The position numbers and the translations under genes are program-made. A stretch of DNA of 63,958 nucleotides, counting the filler, from Octopus bimaculoides (Eukaryota): assembly GCF_001194135.2 (NCBI RefSeq). It is 7 parts of 6 records of this genome, joined end to end, with 100 filler letters (N's around TTAATTAATTAA, not from the genome) between each part and the next. Parts side by side here need not be neighbours in the genome. Positions count along the whole stretch, not along the records: positions 22,722 to 39,343 come from NC_068986.1; positions 39,444 to 48,658 come from NC_068981.1; positions 48,759 to 59,982 come from NC_068981.1; 4 more parts are not named here. The stretch is one strand, 5' to 3'. The notes beneath the pieces are model-generated. The model was not told the origin of the DNA and ran no database searches. It saw only the letters and a program-made list of their open reading frames with translations. Positions 38,583-53,535 of this stretch are shown one piece after another. Positions within the stretch are counted from its first letter, which is position 1. Each line of letters opens with the position of its first letter.

Positions 38583-39208
38583 TGTGAGTGTCTGTGTGCG
38601 TGTATGTATATTTGCTGTGTGTATAAACTGTTTGGCTACTTATTTCTCCGATGTAGCCACCTCTGACAAAATGCCAATGATGGTCAAACATTCATTATAT
38701 ACTCATGCGAAATCGAATGCATGTGTGCATTTCATTCACAGTTGATTGAACCGATAGGATAGAGAATAATTAAGTGAAAAGCTTACAGTTAGTATCCATT
38801 CCACAAGGCTTTTCTGCTATTCAGATTATATACCACGAGGCGTTTAGTGGCGTAATATTGAGTAATGTAGCTTTGATCTTTAGATGTCACGTGCAGTTTT
38901 TAATTAACAAGTGTTACGCTAATTTGCATTTCTGGGATCTACCGTTTGTATTGAAAAACGAACAAAACCATAGTAGACGTGGATCCTATTTTGTTTTCAT
39001 CTGAACGAAACTCATATATAACCTTCATAAGCAGCAGCACATTTTAATAGTTGTTGACTAAGAGCCTGAAACATAAAGAGAATGTAAAAGATATTAATTT
39101 AAAACCTCCTAAATTTGATCAGACTCAAACTTTGATCAGACTCAAACTTACATATCATTTGTTCTTTGAAAGCTAATCAACTTTGCATGAAATTTAACTC
39201 CCCCTCTT

Positions 39209-39242
39209 TTGTATACAGTCACATCTTTGTGACTGTATACAA
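39209..39242. repeat. Perfect 15-bp-stem hairpin
   Basis: TTGTATACAGTCACA-TCTT-TGTGACTGTATACAA. Confidence 0.95.
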
Positions 39243-39296
39243 ACTATCTAACACATGATTAAGCGCCTCGTCTCGCTTTCTCTTTCTCTCTTTGTC

Positions 39297-39343
<47 letters not shown>

Positions 39344-40236
39344 NNNNNNNNNNNNNNNNNNNNNNNNNNNNNNNNNNNNNNNNNNNNTTAATTAATTAAN
39401 NNNNNNNNNNNNNNNNNNNNNNNNNNNNNNNNNNNNNNNNNNNATATATATATATATATATATATAATTCCAGTAATTTGTGCAGCTATATATGTTCTAA
39501 TACACATATATACAAATATGACATTTTGTTTGAGTAGACAACGTGGGCAGACTAAATCTGAAAATATTAATTATTAATCATGAAATGTAAAGGAATTCGA
39601 TTTAGTTTTAGAAAGAAATTAACTCAATGCAAGAAATACAATGAATAAATCTGTAAATGGTTAATATTTTGATATTAGCCAGATGCCATTTCAGCTGTCT
39701 TATAGATAGAATGTATTATGTATATCCTGTATAGTACGCACAAACCTGTTAAACCTATGTCTTGTTATTTCGGTTCTCTATTACATTAAATATAGTGTCA
39801 TAAACAAGAACAGCTTCTAGTTTCCCTCAGTGTCATTACTGTGTGAAATTAGAGCGAGTGTGTGCTTAAATCACATACATGTTTACAGCATGTGAGTAAT
39901 ATTCAGAGACATTATACTGCATATGAGCGAATCAATTATTCATGAATACTTATTATAATATAAATATATATATATACAAGACATGCATGTATGCATCCAT
40001 ACATATACATATATGTGTATTTATACCTATATGTGTGAAAGTGTTTATGTACGTATAGGAATGTATATTGAATACACGATTGAGTTCTAGTTTATATCTT
40101 TATCAGATTTTCTTCATATCTTCATATAAATTCCTGAATAAAATTTCTAAATCTCTTATCTACGTTTGTAGATCTTCATAGTCTTATCTTCTGGGTGAAG
40201 TGATTTTAATGAATATTGATCCTTTTTTGTATACTG

Positions 40237-40470
40237 GAGGCGTGTGGTTTACTGGTTAGTGTGTTGGATTTATGATCGTAAGATTATGGTTTCGATTCTT
40301 AGACCGGGCGACGCGTTGTGTTCTTGTGCAAAACACTTCATTTCGGGTTGCTCCAGTCCACTCAGCTGGCAAAAATGAGTAATCCTACAACGGACTGGCG
40401 TCCCGTCCAGGTGGGGAATATATACGCCTTAGAAACCGGGAAACCGGCCCTTACGAGTCTGTATAACTCA
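40237..40470 (+). mobile_element. SINE family D with a V/Meta-domain-like core
   Basis: tRNA-like head, then ACGGACTGGCGTCCCGTCCAGG, resembling the conserved GATGGACTGGCxxCCxGTCCAGGG SINE central domain (recalled similarity). Confidence 0.7.
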
Positions 40471-40689
40471 AGAGGAAAACTTAGCCTTTTTTCTTTTTTT
40501 TGTTAATGTGATAACTAAAGACATTGCTAGCATACTTTTAATTTTGAGTGCTAGATTTATGCCATCGGTCAGATATATATTTTTGCTTATCACTTGTACA
40601 TTTCTCTGTTTATTTTAGCTTTCAGCTGCACTAAGAGTATAGATTCTACCAGTAATCAATTATTTTAGTTAATTATTTGTACCTATCTA

Positions 40690-41530
40690 GTTTATTTTGT
40701 GCTACGCGCTATAATGAATTGCAGTGTCTCGTAGTCGTTTTAAGAGTATAGTGAGCTTAGCAGATGACTGTCATATTTAAATGGCCACTACGACAATTAG
40801 GATTCTGTTGTTTACAACTTTCGTATTCGCAACTGAATTTTTAATTTCCACTGATCAATATCAACCTGTTTGATAATTTACATGCGCGTGGTTTGTTGTT
40901 GATGAGAAATATTTTAATTGCAGTGTTCTTGTTGTATATTATTAGTGCTAATTTATCGTTTGATGTAATGCATTTTGAGATCTGTTTTACGAGGATTCTC
41001 TTAATGTGTTCAAATATTCTAAAGCTAGTATCCAGTTGCTTCATATAAAACTCTTGAATTGTTGTTTGCGCATTTTTAATAATTGTGTCATCAAATCTAT
41101 TTGCTATGATGTATTATGTTCTCTTTGCTTGATTTATTAGTGTTAGAATATCCTTTGTTGGTTAATGTTTGTTTCATTCTTTGAATTTCTTAATCTGGTG
41201 CTTCATTTATAGAAGCGAATCTAAATGCTCTTATAAGTTGAAATTTTACCACCGACCTTTTGTATTTATGCGTGCATTCCTTATCTCCTTTTAACTCTAT
41301 GCATTTACTATTACTTGATGTAAGCAGACATGATGTAGTTGCTTCCTATATAATAATATTTATATCTTGAAATAGAATCACTGTATTGATAGCAGTTTTA
41401 TTTGTATTGTACCTGATGCTGAATTTCGGTGCGAAGTCATTTAGTAGCTCATCCTTTAATTCTTCGACCTCTCCCTTGTGCTCACTATGACAAATATATC
41501 ATGCATATCGTATGTTTATGTCATGAACAA
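40690..41530 (-). mobile_element. Decayed Penelope-like element RT/C-terminal region
   Basis: Minus strand gives, in order, RY-xDIFVIV (YVDD motif), ILFQDINI (FLDV motif), RAFRFAS..EIQRMKQTLTNKGYSN, and KCITSNDKLALIIYNKN..INNKP, as in Penelope RT. Confidence 0.7.
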
Positions 41531-42477
41531 TATTCTCTTCTTCTCTAGGCACAAGGCCCGCAATTTTAGTGGGGGGGGACGCCAGTCGATTAGATCGAAC
41601 CTCAGTACGCAACTGGTACTTAATTTATTGACCCCGGAAGGATGAAAGGCAAAGTCGATGTTATGAATAAACTTGTCTGTCTTGACCCACCTACTTAGTG
41701 TCGCTGGATTAACTCTGACTTATTTGATATCAGACGTTTTCCTGTTTCTCTCGTTCTCTCATTTCTTCTCCCTCTCTCTATCCACTTCTATCTCTCTCTC
41801 TCATTTCTTCTTTCCCATCTATCCCCTTCTCTCTCTCTCTCTTATTCCCCCTCCCTCTCTCTCTCTCTTATTCCCCCTCTCTCTCTCCCTATCTGTTTAT
41901 GTGAGAGCATATTTCTCTTTATGTGTCTGAGGCGAGAAGAAGTGTCTATGTCAATATTGTTCAACTAATAAATTGTAATATCTTGCCCTATTTCTTTCAC
42001 TCTCACTCCGTCTATAAGTGTCTATTTCTGCGCATGCGTACGTATGTCTGTGTTTGCCAAAATTTACTGTTGCAAAAATAGTTTCAGTATCCAGTCAGCC
42101 GTACCAAATTGCTGACGACCAAAAAGCATCGCCCTGTCATCTCATTCTTTCTTCTACTGTCCGTAGAAGACACAATACACCCTAAGGGAGAACCTACACT
42201 TGGTCCGGCTTTTCGTTTAAGCACCAAAATGTAGTTGTCGCCGTGAACGGCAAAAGTTTAATTCTGTTGAACTACATAAAAATTTATCATATTAGCCGGG
42301 ACATGGTGATTCGGGGTATTTATAGGCATACTGTTTAATATGTGCTCTATTGTCTCTGGCGCTGGAACATTAGTAAACAGAATTTTTACGTCCAAGAGGT
42401 TTTTTCTTCTTTCTTCAAATCACTTACGATGTCCGTACACGGTATGAATTCGTTGGCAATGATGTCTTAATTGTTTA

Positions 42478-42880
42478 CCCTTTACTCTTTTGACTTGTTT
42501 CAGTCATTTGACTGCGGTCACGCTGGAGCACCGCTTTTAGTCGAGTAAATTGACCCCAGGACTTATTCTTTGGAAGCCTAGTACTTATTCTATTGGTCAC
42601 TTTTGCCGAACCGCTAAGTTACGGGGACGTAAACGCACCAGCATCGGTTGACAAGCGATGTTAGGGGGACAAACACAGACACACAGACACACACACACAC
42701 ATGTATATATATATATATATATGACGGGATTCTTTCAGTTTCCGTCTACCAAATCCACTCACAAGGCTTTGGTCGGCCAGAGGCTATAGTAGAAGACACT
42801 TGCCCAAGGTGCCACGCAGTGGTACTGAACCAGGAACCATGTGGTTCGTAAGCAAGCTACTTACCACACAACCACTCCTA
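42478..42880 (-). mobile_element. Full-length SINE family B copy
   Basis: Reverse complement of the consensus. Confidence 0.9.
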
Positions 42881-42934
42881 TTGATTTTCCATCTGGATTT
42901 TTTTATTTATTTGTAATCTTATGAGTTACAACAA

Positions 42935-43130
42935 GGCGGTGAGCTGACAGGATCGTTGCCACATCTGACGAAATGCTAAGTAGCGTTTCGTCCATCTTTA
43001 CTTTCTGAGTTCAAATTCCACCGAAATCGACTTCACTTTTCCTTCTTCCAGAGTTGATAAAATAACACCAGGGGTCAATGCAATCGACTTATTACCTGCC
43101 CCAGAATTACTGGCCTTGTGCCAATATTTG
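42935..43130 (+). mobile_element. SINE family C copy
   Basis: GGCGGTGAGCTGACAGGATCGTTG...TTCTGAGTTCAAATTCC. Confidence 0.75.
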
Positions 43131-43955
43131 AAACTCTTATTATGAATTAGAAGGTTTTGTTTCCTTTGGCTTCCTTTTATTGGGGTGAGTTTCCTTTAAT
43201 GCAGTCAAAGTAAGGAGATCCTATTTGCGCTTTTATCACCGTCATTAGGTAGGTGATATTATCTTTATAGATGTATTTAATGTCAAGTAAATTCTTAATA
43301 TTATAGATGTATTCACCTTTATCCATGATTAGGAATATGTTAATCTTCAGAGATACTTTATCTTGTAAGGATAAAACCCAGATAGAAACTTTTTTCTAAT
43401 TCCTAAATATTATACGAGAAACACTGCTGCATAGATACATAGATTCATACATGTATATCTTTTATCTTCTACTTGTTTGAGTCCTCCGACTGCACCCACA
43501 CTGGAGCACCACCTTGAAGAATTTTGAGTCGAACAAATCGATCCCAGGATATTTTTGAAGTCCTATTATTTTATCTATTTACATATAAATGTACATATAC
43601 ATGCAGACGTACATATATATATATATATATGCCTATATGTACTCTGATATTGATTGATTGTAGACATGAACATGCATATTTACACCATACTACCATCGCA
43701 TGACAACTGAATATTGCAAGCCCAGTACTCGGCTTTTTCTGACGTCCTACACATTCAAATACCTAGATTCTAATGAGTCCTACATCTGACTATTATTACT
43801 TCTATACGCTAATCTCTTCGACGTTTCTGTTATTTTAACCTCACACAATGGAAAAACTTAACTGAAACTTCTCACCTAGGGATGTTCCTGTACACACACA
43901 TATACAGGTGGTTGTGCGCGTGTGTATGTGGGTGTGTATATATACACAGACATAG

Positions 43956-44008
<53 letters not shown>

Positions 44009-45468
44009 NNNNNNNNNNNNNNNNNNNNNNNNNNNNNNNNNNNNNNNNNNNNNNNNNNNNNNNNNNNNNNNNNNNNNNNNNNNNNNNNNNNNNNNNNNNN
44101 NNNNNNNNNNNNNNNNNNNNNNNNNNNNNNNNNNNNNNNNNNNNNNNNNNNNNNNNNNNNNNNNNNNNNNNNNNNNNNNNNNNNNNNNNNNNNNNNNNNN
44201 ATATATATATATATATACATATATACGACAGGTTTCTTTCAGTTTCCGTATATACTATATATACCCCCAAATACACACATATATGGTATATGTAGCTATG
44301 TTATGGCGAAATTCTCCAAAATTTTGATGAGCTGAATAGAAGTGCAAACCGGATTCTAGTCAGTTAAGTATTATATTTCTTCTACTACAAAACCTCTTTC
44401 GAGTGCGTCATGGTTTTTTCTATATGAAAGACTCGAAGAAATATGTAACACCTTTTCCCTTCTTTCCTTGTGTTGTGTAATACATACACTAATATAATTA
44501 TATACATAAGAATACAAACACATTTCTTATGTAATAACGTATATTTATTTATATTTTCGAATATATAAATATGTAGAATAAACCTACTTATTCCTTACGT
44601 TAAAGCGATAAGCATATTTTGATTAAACGTCATATAAATATATATATAAGTATATAAAAATTTAACGCATTTTCATTCTTTTTCGAATATATATGTGTTC
44701 GTGTGTGTTTGTGGGGGAGGGTGCGTGTGAAATAGATTGGATACAGTCAATTTAACAAAATTATAAATATTTATGCGGTGTAAGGCAAAATTAATCTTTC
44801 ATTAAGTGCACCAGCGAATGTATTCATCACACAATATAAAAATTTAAAAAAATGAGCCAGCCCAGAAAATTCCTGTTTCGAGCTTTGGAACGTTGCTCGA
44901 AATTTGAAATTGCCAAACCATCTGTACAATGTTAATGCATACATTTTTCACCCAGGAAACACTTGCTCTACATCTCACCTCACAAAAACCCGCACCAAAT
45001 ACATCGCCTAGTCTTTTTCACCCAGAAATCGTACGAGAAATTAAGTTTCTAAACTGAATTAAAAAAAAAAAAACAGAAAGGTTAGCGGTTAAGTGTGTCG
45101 ATTTTCTTCACACTACTAACATTTAACTTGAAAAGAAACGAAAAGAAACTTTAAAAGTGTCGCGATAATTATCATTAGAGAACATTTCTTCCAACACCAC
45201 CTTCTCCACGCCACGAACACATTGTCGACCTCAGCACCGCCCCCTCCACCGCCACCANNNNNNNNNNNNNNNNNNNNNNNNNNNNNNNNNNNNNNNNNNN
45301 NNNNNNNNNNNNNNNNNNNNNNNNNNNNNNNNNNNNNNNNNNNNNNNNNNNNNNNNNNNNNNNNNNNNNNNNNNNNNNNNNNNNNNNNNNNNNNNNNNNN
45401 NNNNNNNNNNNNNNNNNNNNNNNNNNNNNNNNNNNNNNNNNNNNNNNNNNNNNNNNNNNNNNNNNNNN

Positions 45469-45513
<45 letters not shown>

Positions 45514-45795
45514 AGCACACACACATATATATATGCACACACATATATACACACACGCACATATATATACACACACACACACGCATTTGTATATAATTAT
45601 ACACTCATAACGCCGATATCTTCCAGCGTGTGAAATATGGAATTTTATATGAAATTAATATAAGATTGTAACGTCATGTAGAGAAACCCTATCATTTGCA
45701 GTTTGTCCGATAAATAAATATATTATGACGATAAAACTTCATAAAAAATAAAAAAAAAGAACTTATTGTGGTTTATTTCTGTTTCACTTGTTGGT

Positions 45796-45898
45796 CTTCT
45801 TCTTCTTCTTCTTCTTCTTCTTCTTCTTCTTCTTCTTCTTCTTCTTCTTCTTCTTCTTCTTCTTCTTCTTCTTCTTCTTCTTCTTCTTCTTCTTCTTC
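45796..45898. repeat. (CTT)n microsatellite
   Basis: Direct reading. Source of the poly-L/S/F ORFs. Confidence 0.95.
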
Positions 45899-46065
45899 CA
45901 TCGTTGGTTGTCCTCGTTGTTGCTATCGTTCTTATATCGTCTTGTTTATTTATTCATTTCTTTCAATATAATTTTAATGACGTCTACGATGTAAAAGTGA
46001 CCTAGTTAATATCGATGGCACTGACACTTATTAACATGTAATATGTGATCTGAGGCATGCATACT

Positions 46066-46098
<33 letters not shown>

Positions 46099-46381
46099 GA
46101 TTTTTATTTGAGTTTAATTTAAGTTCTTGAGAGAATTCAAGACGGTTGTTAAGAAAGCAACAAGAATTTTTTGAGTTACGAGAGTTCCCAGCGTTTGTAA
46201 CTATGTGGCTGAGTTGGTGTGTTGGTTAGACTGTCCATGAAGACCCCTAAGTGTGTGCATACGGCCATATCACTTCGAAAACACCGGTTCTCGTCCGATC
46301 ACAGAAGTTGAGCAACGTCGAGCCTAGTTAGTACTTAAATGGGTGACCGCTCGGGAAATCTAGGAGCTGTAAACTTCTATC

Positions 46382-46749
46382 ATAGGCGCAGGAGTGGCTG
46401 TGTGGTAAGTAGCTTGCTTACCAACCACATGGTTCCGGGTTCATTCCCACTGCGTGGCACTTTGGGCAAGTGTCTTCTACTATAACCTCGGGTCGACCAA
46501 AGCCTTGTGAGTGGATTTGGTAGACGGAAATTGAAAGAAGTCCCTCGTATATATATATGAGTGAGTATAAGTTTGTGTGCCTGTGTTTGTCCCCCCAACA
46601 TCGCTTGTCAACTAATGCTGGTGTTTACGTCCCCGTAATCTAGCGGTTCGTCTAAAGAGACCGATAGAATAAGTACTAGTCTTCCAAAGAATAAGTCTTG
46701 GGGTCGATTTTCTCGACTAAAAGCGGTGCTCCAGCATGGCCGCAGTCAA
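46382..46749 (+). mobile_element. Full-length SINE family B copy
   Basis: TAGGCGCAGGAGTGGCTGTGTGGTAAGTAGCTTGC...CATGGCCGCAGTCAAA. Confidence 0.9.
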
Positions 46750-47948
46750 ATTTTCGCACTGTTTTTATGTAATGTCTGTTGTCCGTTCGGTGAAAAAACG
46801 ATTGTATAACATTTAGTAACTGTTTCAAATNNNNNNNNNNNNNNNNNNNNNNNNNNNNNNNNNNNNNNNNNNNNNNNNNNNNNNNNNNNNNNNNNNNNNN
46901 NNNNNNNNNNNNNNNNNNNNNNNNNNNNNNNNNNNNNNNNNNNNNNNNNNNNNNNNNNNNNNNNNNNNNNNNNNNNNNNNNNNNNNNNNNNNNNNNNNNN
47001 NNNNNNNNNNNNNNNNNNNNNNNNNNNNNNNNNNNNNNNNNNNNNNNNNNNNNNNNNNNNNNNNNNNNNNNNNNNNNNNNNNNNNNNNNNNNNNNNNNNN
47101 NNNNNNNNNNNNNNNNNNNNNNNNNNNNNNNNNNNNNNNNNNNNNNNNNNNNNNNNNNNNNNNNNNNNNNNNNNNNNNNNNNNNNNNNNNNNNNNNNNNN
47201 NNNNNNNNNNNNNNNNNNNNNNNNNNNNNNNNNNNNNNNNNNNNNNNNNNNNNNNNNNNNNNNNNNNNNNNNNNNNNNNNNNNNNNNNNNNNNNNNNNNN
47301 NNNNNNNNNNNNNNNNNNNNNNNNNNNNNNNNNNNNNNNNNNNNNNNNNNNNNNNNNNNNNNNNNNNNNNNNNNNNNNNNNNNNNNNNNNNNNNNNNNNN
47401 NNNNNNNNNNNNNNNNNNNNNNNNNNNNNNNNNNNNNNNNNNNNNNNNNNNNNNNNNNNNNNNNNNNNNNNNNNNNNNNNNNNNNNNNNNNNNNNNNNNN
47501 NNNNNNNNNNNNNNNNNNNNNNNNNNNNNNNNNNNNNNNNNNNNNNNNNNNNNNNNNNNNNNNNNNNNNNNNNNNNNNNNNNNNNNNNNNNNNNNNNNNN
47601 NNNNNNNNNNNNNNNNNNNNNNNNNNNNNNNNNNNNNNNNNNNNNNNNNNNNNNNNNNNNNNNNNNNNNNNNNNNNNNNNNNNNNNNNNNNNNNNNNNNN
47701 NNNNNNNNNNNNNNNNNNNNNCTGGGTGCAAAACGGATGCAATAAATTCAAAGGCTGCTCCGGATGGTATTCACTCCTGCTACGTCACTGTTCCTCTCCT
47801 AGCTTGATGGCGAGTCAGATTTGCATAAGGTCTTTCACTCATCTAAATTTGAGCAACATCTGTGAAGCAAAGAATATTTTTTCATTCATTTATTTCTTTT
47901 AAACAAGAGATAGGAACTGCTTAAAAAAAACTTTAAAATACATCATTA

Positions 47949-48560
47949 TAGGCTCAGGAGTGAGTGTGTGGTGAGTAAGTTGCTTACCAGCCACGTGGTT
48001 CTGTGTTCAGTCCCAACCACTGCGTGGTACCTTGGGCAAGTGTCTTCTGCTATAGCCTCGGGCCGACCAAAGCCTTGTGAGTGGATTTGTTAGACGGAAA
48101 CTGAAAGAAGCCTGTCCTATGTATATATATACAAATGGGTAGTTTCGTTTTTTTTTTGTCCTGTTAATTAAAAGAAGCTCGGCGTTTTATGCGTTTTGGA
48201 ATGAAAGAAAAAATAAAACAGCATTTCATGAGAGATACTACCATTTATACAGCTTCCATCCAGCAATAACTAAACTAAGTAACTCTCGCACACGTATGTC
48301 CCTTTACTATTCAGTCCATGTGTTTTATAAGACAACTTCTTTATCTTTCACTTGTTTTATTCGTTGTAGGAAAGCCATGCTGGAGCACTGCCTTGAAGAT
48401 TTTAGTCACGAAAATCGACATCAGAACTTATTTTCAAACTCTGGTACACATTCTGTAGGTTCTCTTTGCCGAACCACTACGTTACGGAGACGCAAAGTGA
48501 CTAACAACGATTGTCAAACGGTGTTGGACACAAATATAGACAGAAAGCCACCTACGCATA
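47949..48560. mobile_element. SINE family B 5' half (+, 47949-48120) and 3' half (-, 48340-48560)
   Basis: Consensus matches. Confidence 0.75.
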
Positions 48561-49737
48561 TGCACACAAACTTACACGCACGCTTACATACGTTTATATA
48601 CATGCACCCATATATATGTGTGTGTGTGTGCGTCTGGATATATATATATATATATATANNNNNNNNNNNNNNNNNNNNNNNNNNNNNNNNNNNNNNNNNN
48701 NNTTAATTAATTAANNNNNNNNNNNNNNNNNNNNNNNNNNNNNNNNNNNNNNNNNNNNAATATATTGGTATATACATATATATATATATATATTCTTTTA
48801 TGTTTCAGTCCAATGACTGTGGCTATGCTGGTGCAGTGCTATATATATATATATATATATATTTATATACATATAACTATGTATTATTCAGTAAGTGCTG
48901 TGCCTGGTCACAAACATGTAAGATATATTTCCTATAATAGATACACGCAGATGCATATGTGTGTATCTCTGTGGGTGTAGGTGTGTGCGTGTGTTGTCGA
49001 ACTGAATTGCTGAATTGTTTCTCTTTCATGATTCTTACACTTCCATAATTTATTCGATAGCATTTCACTACAGAGACGTGAAAGTACATGCATGTTTTGC
49101 ACGTGCTCAGCTGAAGTGATTATCTACAATACAATATGCAAATTTACGTTTATGATTCTGACAAGTGAATTCATAAATGCAGCAGTACGTCTCCTCTTAA
49201 TGCTTTAATATGCATTGGGATTCCTAGCAAGTTTGTACATCATGGTTAATATTCACTGTGAATAGTGTAATGCGTTTGACAAACCAGAACAATAGTCTCA
49301 ATTTATCAGACGATGTACGCAATACAGAAATGTCATGTAATATATTAAGAATTTAGTGTCTATATTACGTGTATTAAATATTTTATATCAAAGAAATCAA
49401 TCTAACTGTATGAAGCATTCAACAATTTGAAGATAAAGTTAGGTACACTAGGAGTTTGTGAAGCACAATTTAGCACTAATAGACCAGACATCTAATAAAA
49501 GTTAAAAGAGTCACATATATAATGTCTAATTATATAATATGGGTCGAGGAATTTTAGATGTTCTGCTACATTGGGATGGGAGAAAAATATCAATTTGATT
49601 GAGAGACTATTTAACATAATGTTAAAATGAGGAACCACATATACAGTTTCTCTCTCACATACATACACACAGACACACAGACACACAGACGCACAGACAC
49701 ACAGACACACACACTCACATATATGTATATATGTATG

Positions 49738-49777
<40 letters not shown>

Positions 49778-50649
49778 NNNNNNNNNNNNNNNNNNNNNNN
49801 NNNNNNNNNNNNNNNNNNNNNNNNNNNNNNNNNNNNNNNNNNNNNNNNNNNNNNNNNNNNNNNNNNNNNNNNNNNNNNNNNNNNNNNNNNNNNNNNNNNN
49901 NNNNNNNNNNNNNNNNNNNNNNNNNNNNNNNNNNNNNNNNNNNNNNNNNNNNNNNNNNNNNNNNNNNNNNNNNNNNNNNNNNNNNNNNNNNNNNNNNNNN
50001 NNNNNNNNATATATGATAAAATGAACAGATTAGACCTAGTAGCTTACTGGAAAGTGACACTCACCTTCACTCTTTTTGTTATGTATACTGTAAATGAGAA
50101 ACAGAATACGAAATATACGAAAATTTACATTAATGATTAGAATTGTTTTGACACATATAACATCGATCCCTTATGCGTGGGATGCTTAAGAACCGGTTCA
50201 GGTGTATCCGACAGTGGAGATGTATGAATTTGTTTGATAAAAAGATATAACTCGTTAAAATAACATTTCTTTAACGTATCTTCTCATTTTGTATAAAGAA
50301 AAGAAGCAAATTAAAGGATGTAGTTTTATTAAAAAGGATCAATAATAAAATATGTACAAATGAAAGGAAGACGCAATGCAGCGAAAAAGTATTAAAAACA
50401 ACAGTTAACAGATATGGATGTATAAACCCTCTCGCGTAGATTGTATGGCGCATATATATTCGCTCATAGAAGCTTCCGCGAAGAAGCAAGCTTACGCACA
50501 CGTGTGGTTTAGTGCACGTACGTTCACACATTCATGTATGTATGTCTATATATACATATAGAAATACTTGAAACCACTTTATTTAAATATTCTGTCATAT
50601 TTTTCCAGGGCCTTATCACTATTCCTTAGCTTCTGTTTTCAATTTCACT

Positions 50650-51900
50650 GACCGACATTAGGTAGAACTTCTTCCCAAACTGATGCGGCTGTATATAGAT
50701 AATTAATACAGATTTAAAAAGATCAATGTAAACGTCACTTCCACCGATTTCTACGATTTATATAGTGTCTTCTCTTTTGCATTGCTATAGAAAACATGAA
50801 AACATTTGCACTTCTTTGAAATGTTTGTACTCGAAATGTACTTTCAAGTACTGTCTCCTTCCTATTGTAGAGAAAAGTATACTCGAGGTGATCTTACATG
50901 TTGCTCATCATAGACTTTGATTTCTCTAGCGCTTCTTTCGTTTCCTCTATGATAAATTCAGCTTGACACATTCGGTATCGACGTTCTGTTTTTCTACATG
51001 AAGCTTGCATTTTCTATTTCAATAGTTTCTCACATTCATTAGTTTCTTCAAGTTGACTCTGTGATTCCGTCTTCAAGCATTTTATTGCTTTGTAACGCCG
51101 AAGACCTTGACGTATCCGTTTTTTCTATTCATCGAGATGTGTCCGTCGATTTCGTTCTAATTTCATCGCTCTAATTTTTTGCTCGTAGCAAGCAATGTTT
51201 ACTACCGTAGCTGAATATCACTACGACTGATTCATCTTCAAATACTCATTGTTTGTAAACCAGGATTTAATAAATCTTATTTCCCTGCTGAGCGTTGAAG
51301 TTTATTCAGATTCATTTCTTCTCAATTTATTCATTGCACACGATGCTCTGAATTTATAGACTTTGTGCCCATGTCGATGTAACTAAGTGATCTTTACTTT
51401 GATTTCTTTCCAAAGTTTTTAAACACAAGGCTAATCCTGCTACTCGTAACAGACGTTTCCAATTCAAATTTCTCATCATAACAGTATAAGTGGATTTGTA
51501 ATATGTGTACTTTATCTAGGTTATCTTATACTTCATCATCTTCTTCGCTGTTACATGTGGATTTATTTGTGTGGAGTGTCTTGAGTGCAGACTTTTGTGA
51601 GGGTCAGATATTTATTACCCTGTGTGATGAAGACATTTCCGATGTATATTCATGAAGAATGATACTACACATGCAACCTTTTCTCTCGCCCTCTCTGCCT
51701 ACTCATTTTCACGAAATTCCATCTATTCCGCTAGCATTTGTTTCTTCCACTCGAGGTATTTTGCAAAGTTCTTGCACGTGGCAAGATTGTTTTACTATTT
51801 ATGACTATTTGCGATTCTTAACAGATGCTAGTCGCTCCTAATTCGATTTATGGTGACAGAGCGTATCGATTACACTAATGGGAGACACTGCTAATCCGTC
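50650..51900 (-). mobile_element. Decayed RTE-clade LINE, AP-endonuclease region
   Basis: Minus-strand fragments STCNSEEDDEV*DNL, KSTYTVMMRNLNWK (cf. VMGDFNAK) and ERNQSKDHLV (cf. RNxRGxxL), in RTE order. Confidence 0.6.
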
Positions 51901-52399
51901 TGCCTTGTTATAACTATTATATGACGCTACTCTGCTGGTTGAGTGAGCAAGACATAATTTCCTCTACAGGTTAGATAGGTTTCAACCTCAGCAAAAACAC
52001 AATGTGCCAGTTTATTTGAGACAGTTTATATGCAGTATCGGTATTCCAAGAGTCTTCCAGTTCGGTTTTTTAAGATGATATCAATGATACAGTGAAGAGA
52101 ATCTTTGAATTGGTTTCTATCATTCTGTAAAGAGAATATTGGGAAAGCTGGGTGGACACTTCGTTCCGTTAATTTATTTGTCAATGTGCACACTGATATG
52201 AGTCCCTTTCAGAAAAGAAAATACTAGATACCAACTCTAGTTCTATTGGACAATTATTAAAAGCGTTGGGTTATGACTGTGATGACTGAAATTCATTTAT
52301 TTTGCGTTGATAATGATTGCTCATGTATTCAAAGAGCATGATCTAGGCATTTTCACAACTGTTATACAACAGTCAACTGTGTAATCTGAATCTTTATAA

Positions 52400-53200
52400 C
52401 GTATATCATGTTTTATAATCATAATCTTGTGGGTCATAATCAATTGAGTCGTACGAGTCATATAAAAAAAAAACATATCTTCTCAGGAGCTTTAACTGCG
52501 AACACATAACATGTTTCACTGTAGCTTCTTTTCTGCAGGTGCCAAGTGCATATTGTTTTTTAATCGCATTGTATTGGTTGATCGCTCTTCTCCTATATGC
52601 TACAGGTTTTTACTCATCTCATCCCGTTTGACTGTTATATTGCTGTGATTTCTATTGGTACCATAACTTTCTGAGCCTTGGTAGTGAGCGCTGAGAAGCA
52701 TATATCACAGCTACCACCTCTTGGTTGGCTCCAGGCTATACAACAATAATTGCAACACACCATTTTCGTTTAGCTTCCAACTCACTTTACTGGCCTACAC
52801 AAACAATATGACCCACAGAATCCAACAACAGCATATACCAGGGAGTTTGTATTATCATTGATTCCTCTTTCATTGATGCTAAAGCTTTTGTAAATCCGCT
52901 TTCTTCACAATCAACTAACATACATAATAATTCTCACTCTGCCGTCAACATAATTTCATATATTTCTAGATGTTGTAAGAATCTCATTTCAAGGTAATTG
53001 TCATAACATGAACTATCCTATCAAATCACATTTGACAATGGAATTTAGGACATGTTACATCAAATGGACTTCTCATTAGCTCGAAGTGCATCGTTTAGGA
53101 GTACATACTAGAGAAAAGACAACACGATTGCTGGAATTATCTTCCTACCAAATTTGATCTGATCTCGAATTATAGATAAACCGATATTTCTAGGTTTGGG
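52400..53200 (-). mobile_element. Heavily decayed RTE-like RT region (separate or rearranged fragment)
   Basis: PWYML..D..HIVCVG..SELEAK resembles PWELLYADDLVLIAES..ELE.K. It lies upstream of the endonuclease remnant, so the two are not collinear. Confidence 0.4.
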
Positions 53201-53413
53201 CATGCGGTCGATTTTACTGGAATATTTCTTGTAAACTCGCCAGGAGAGTTGTCTTATAACATTCTTATTTCCATTATGGCGGTAATGTCATACATAAAAG
53301 CAGACACTAATGGCAGTATTAAGTATCTACTTCTATTCACTGCTTCGCAACAGCTACTTACATCTCTCATTATCGACTATATCGTCTTCACGAATAGTAG
53401 CGGAGAAAAGTTG

Positions 53414-53535
<122 letters not shown>

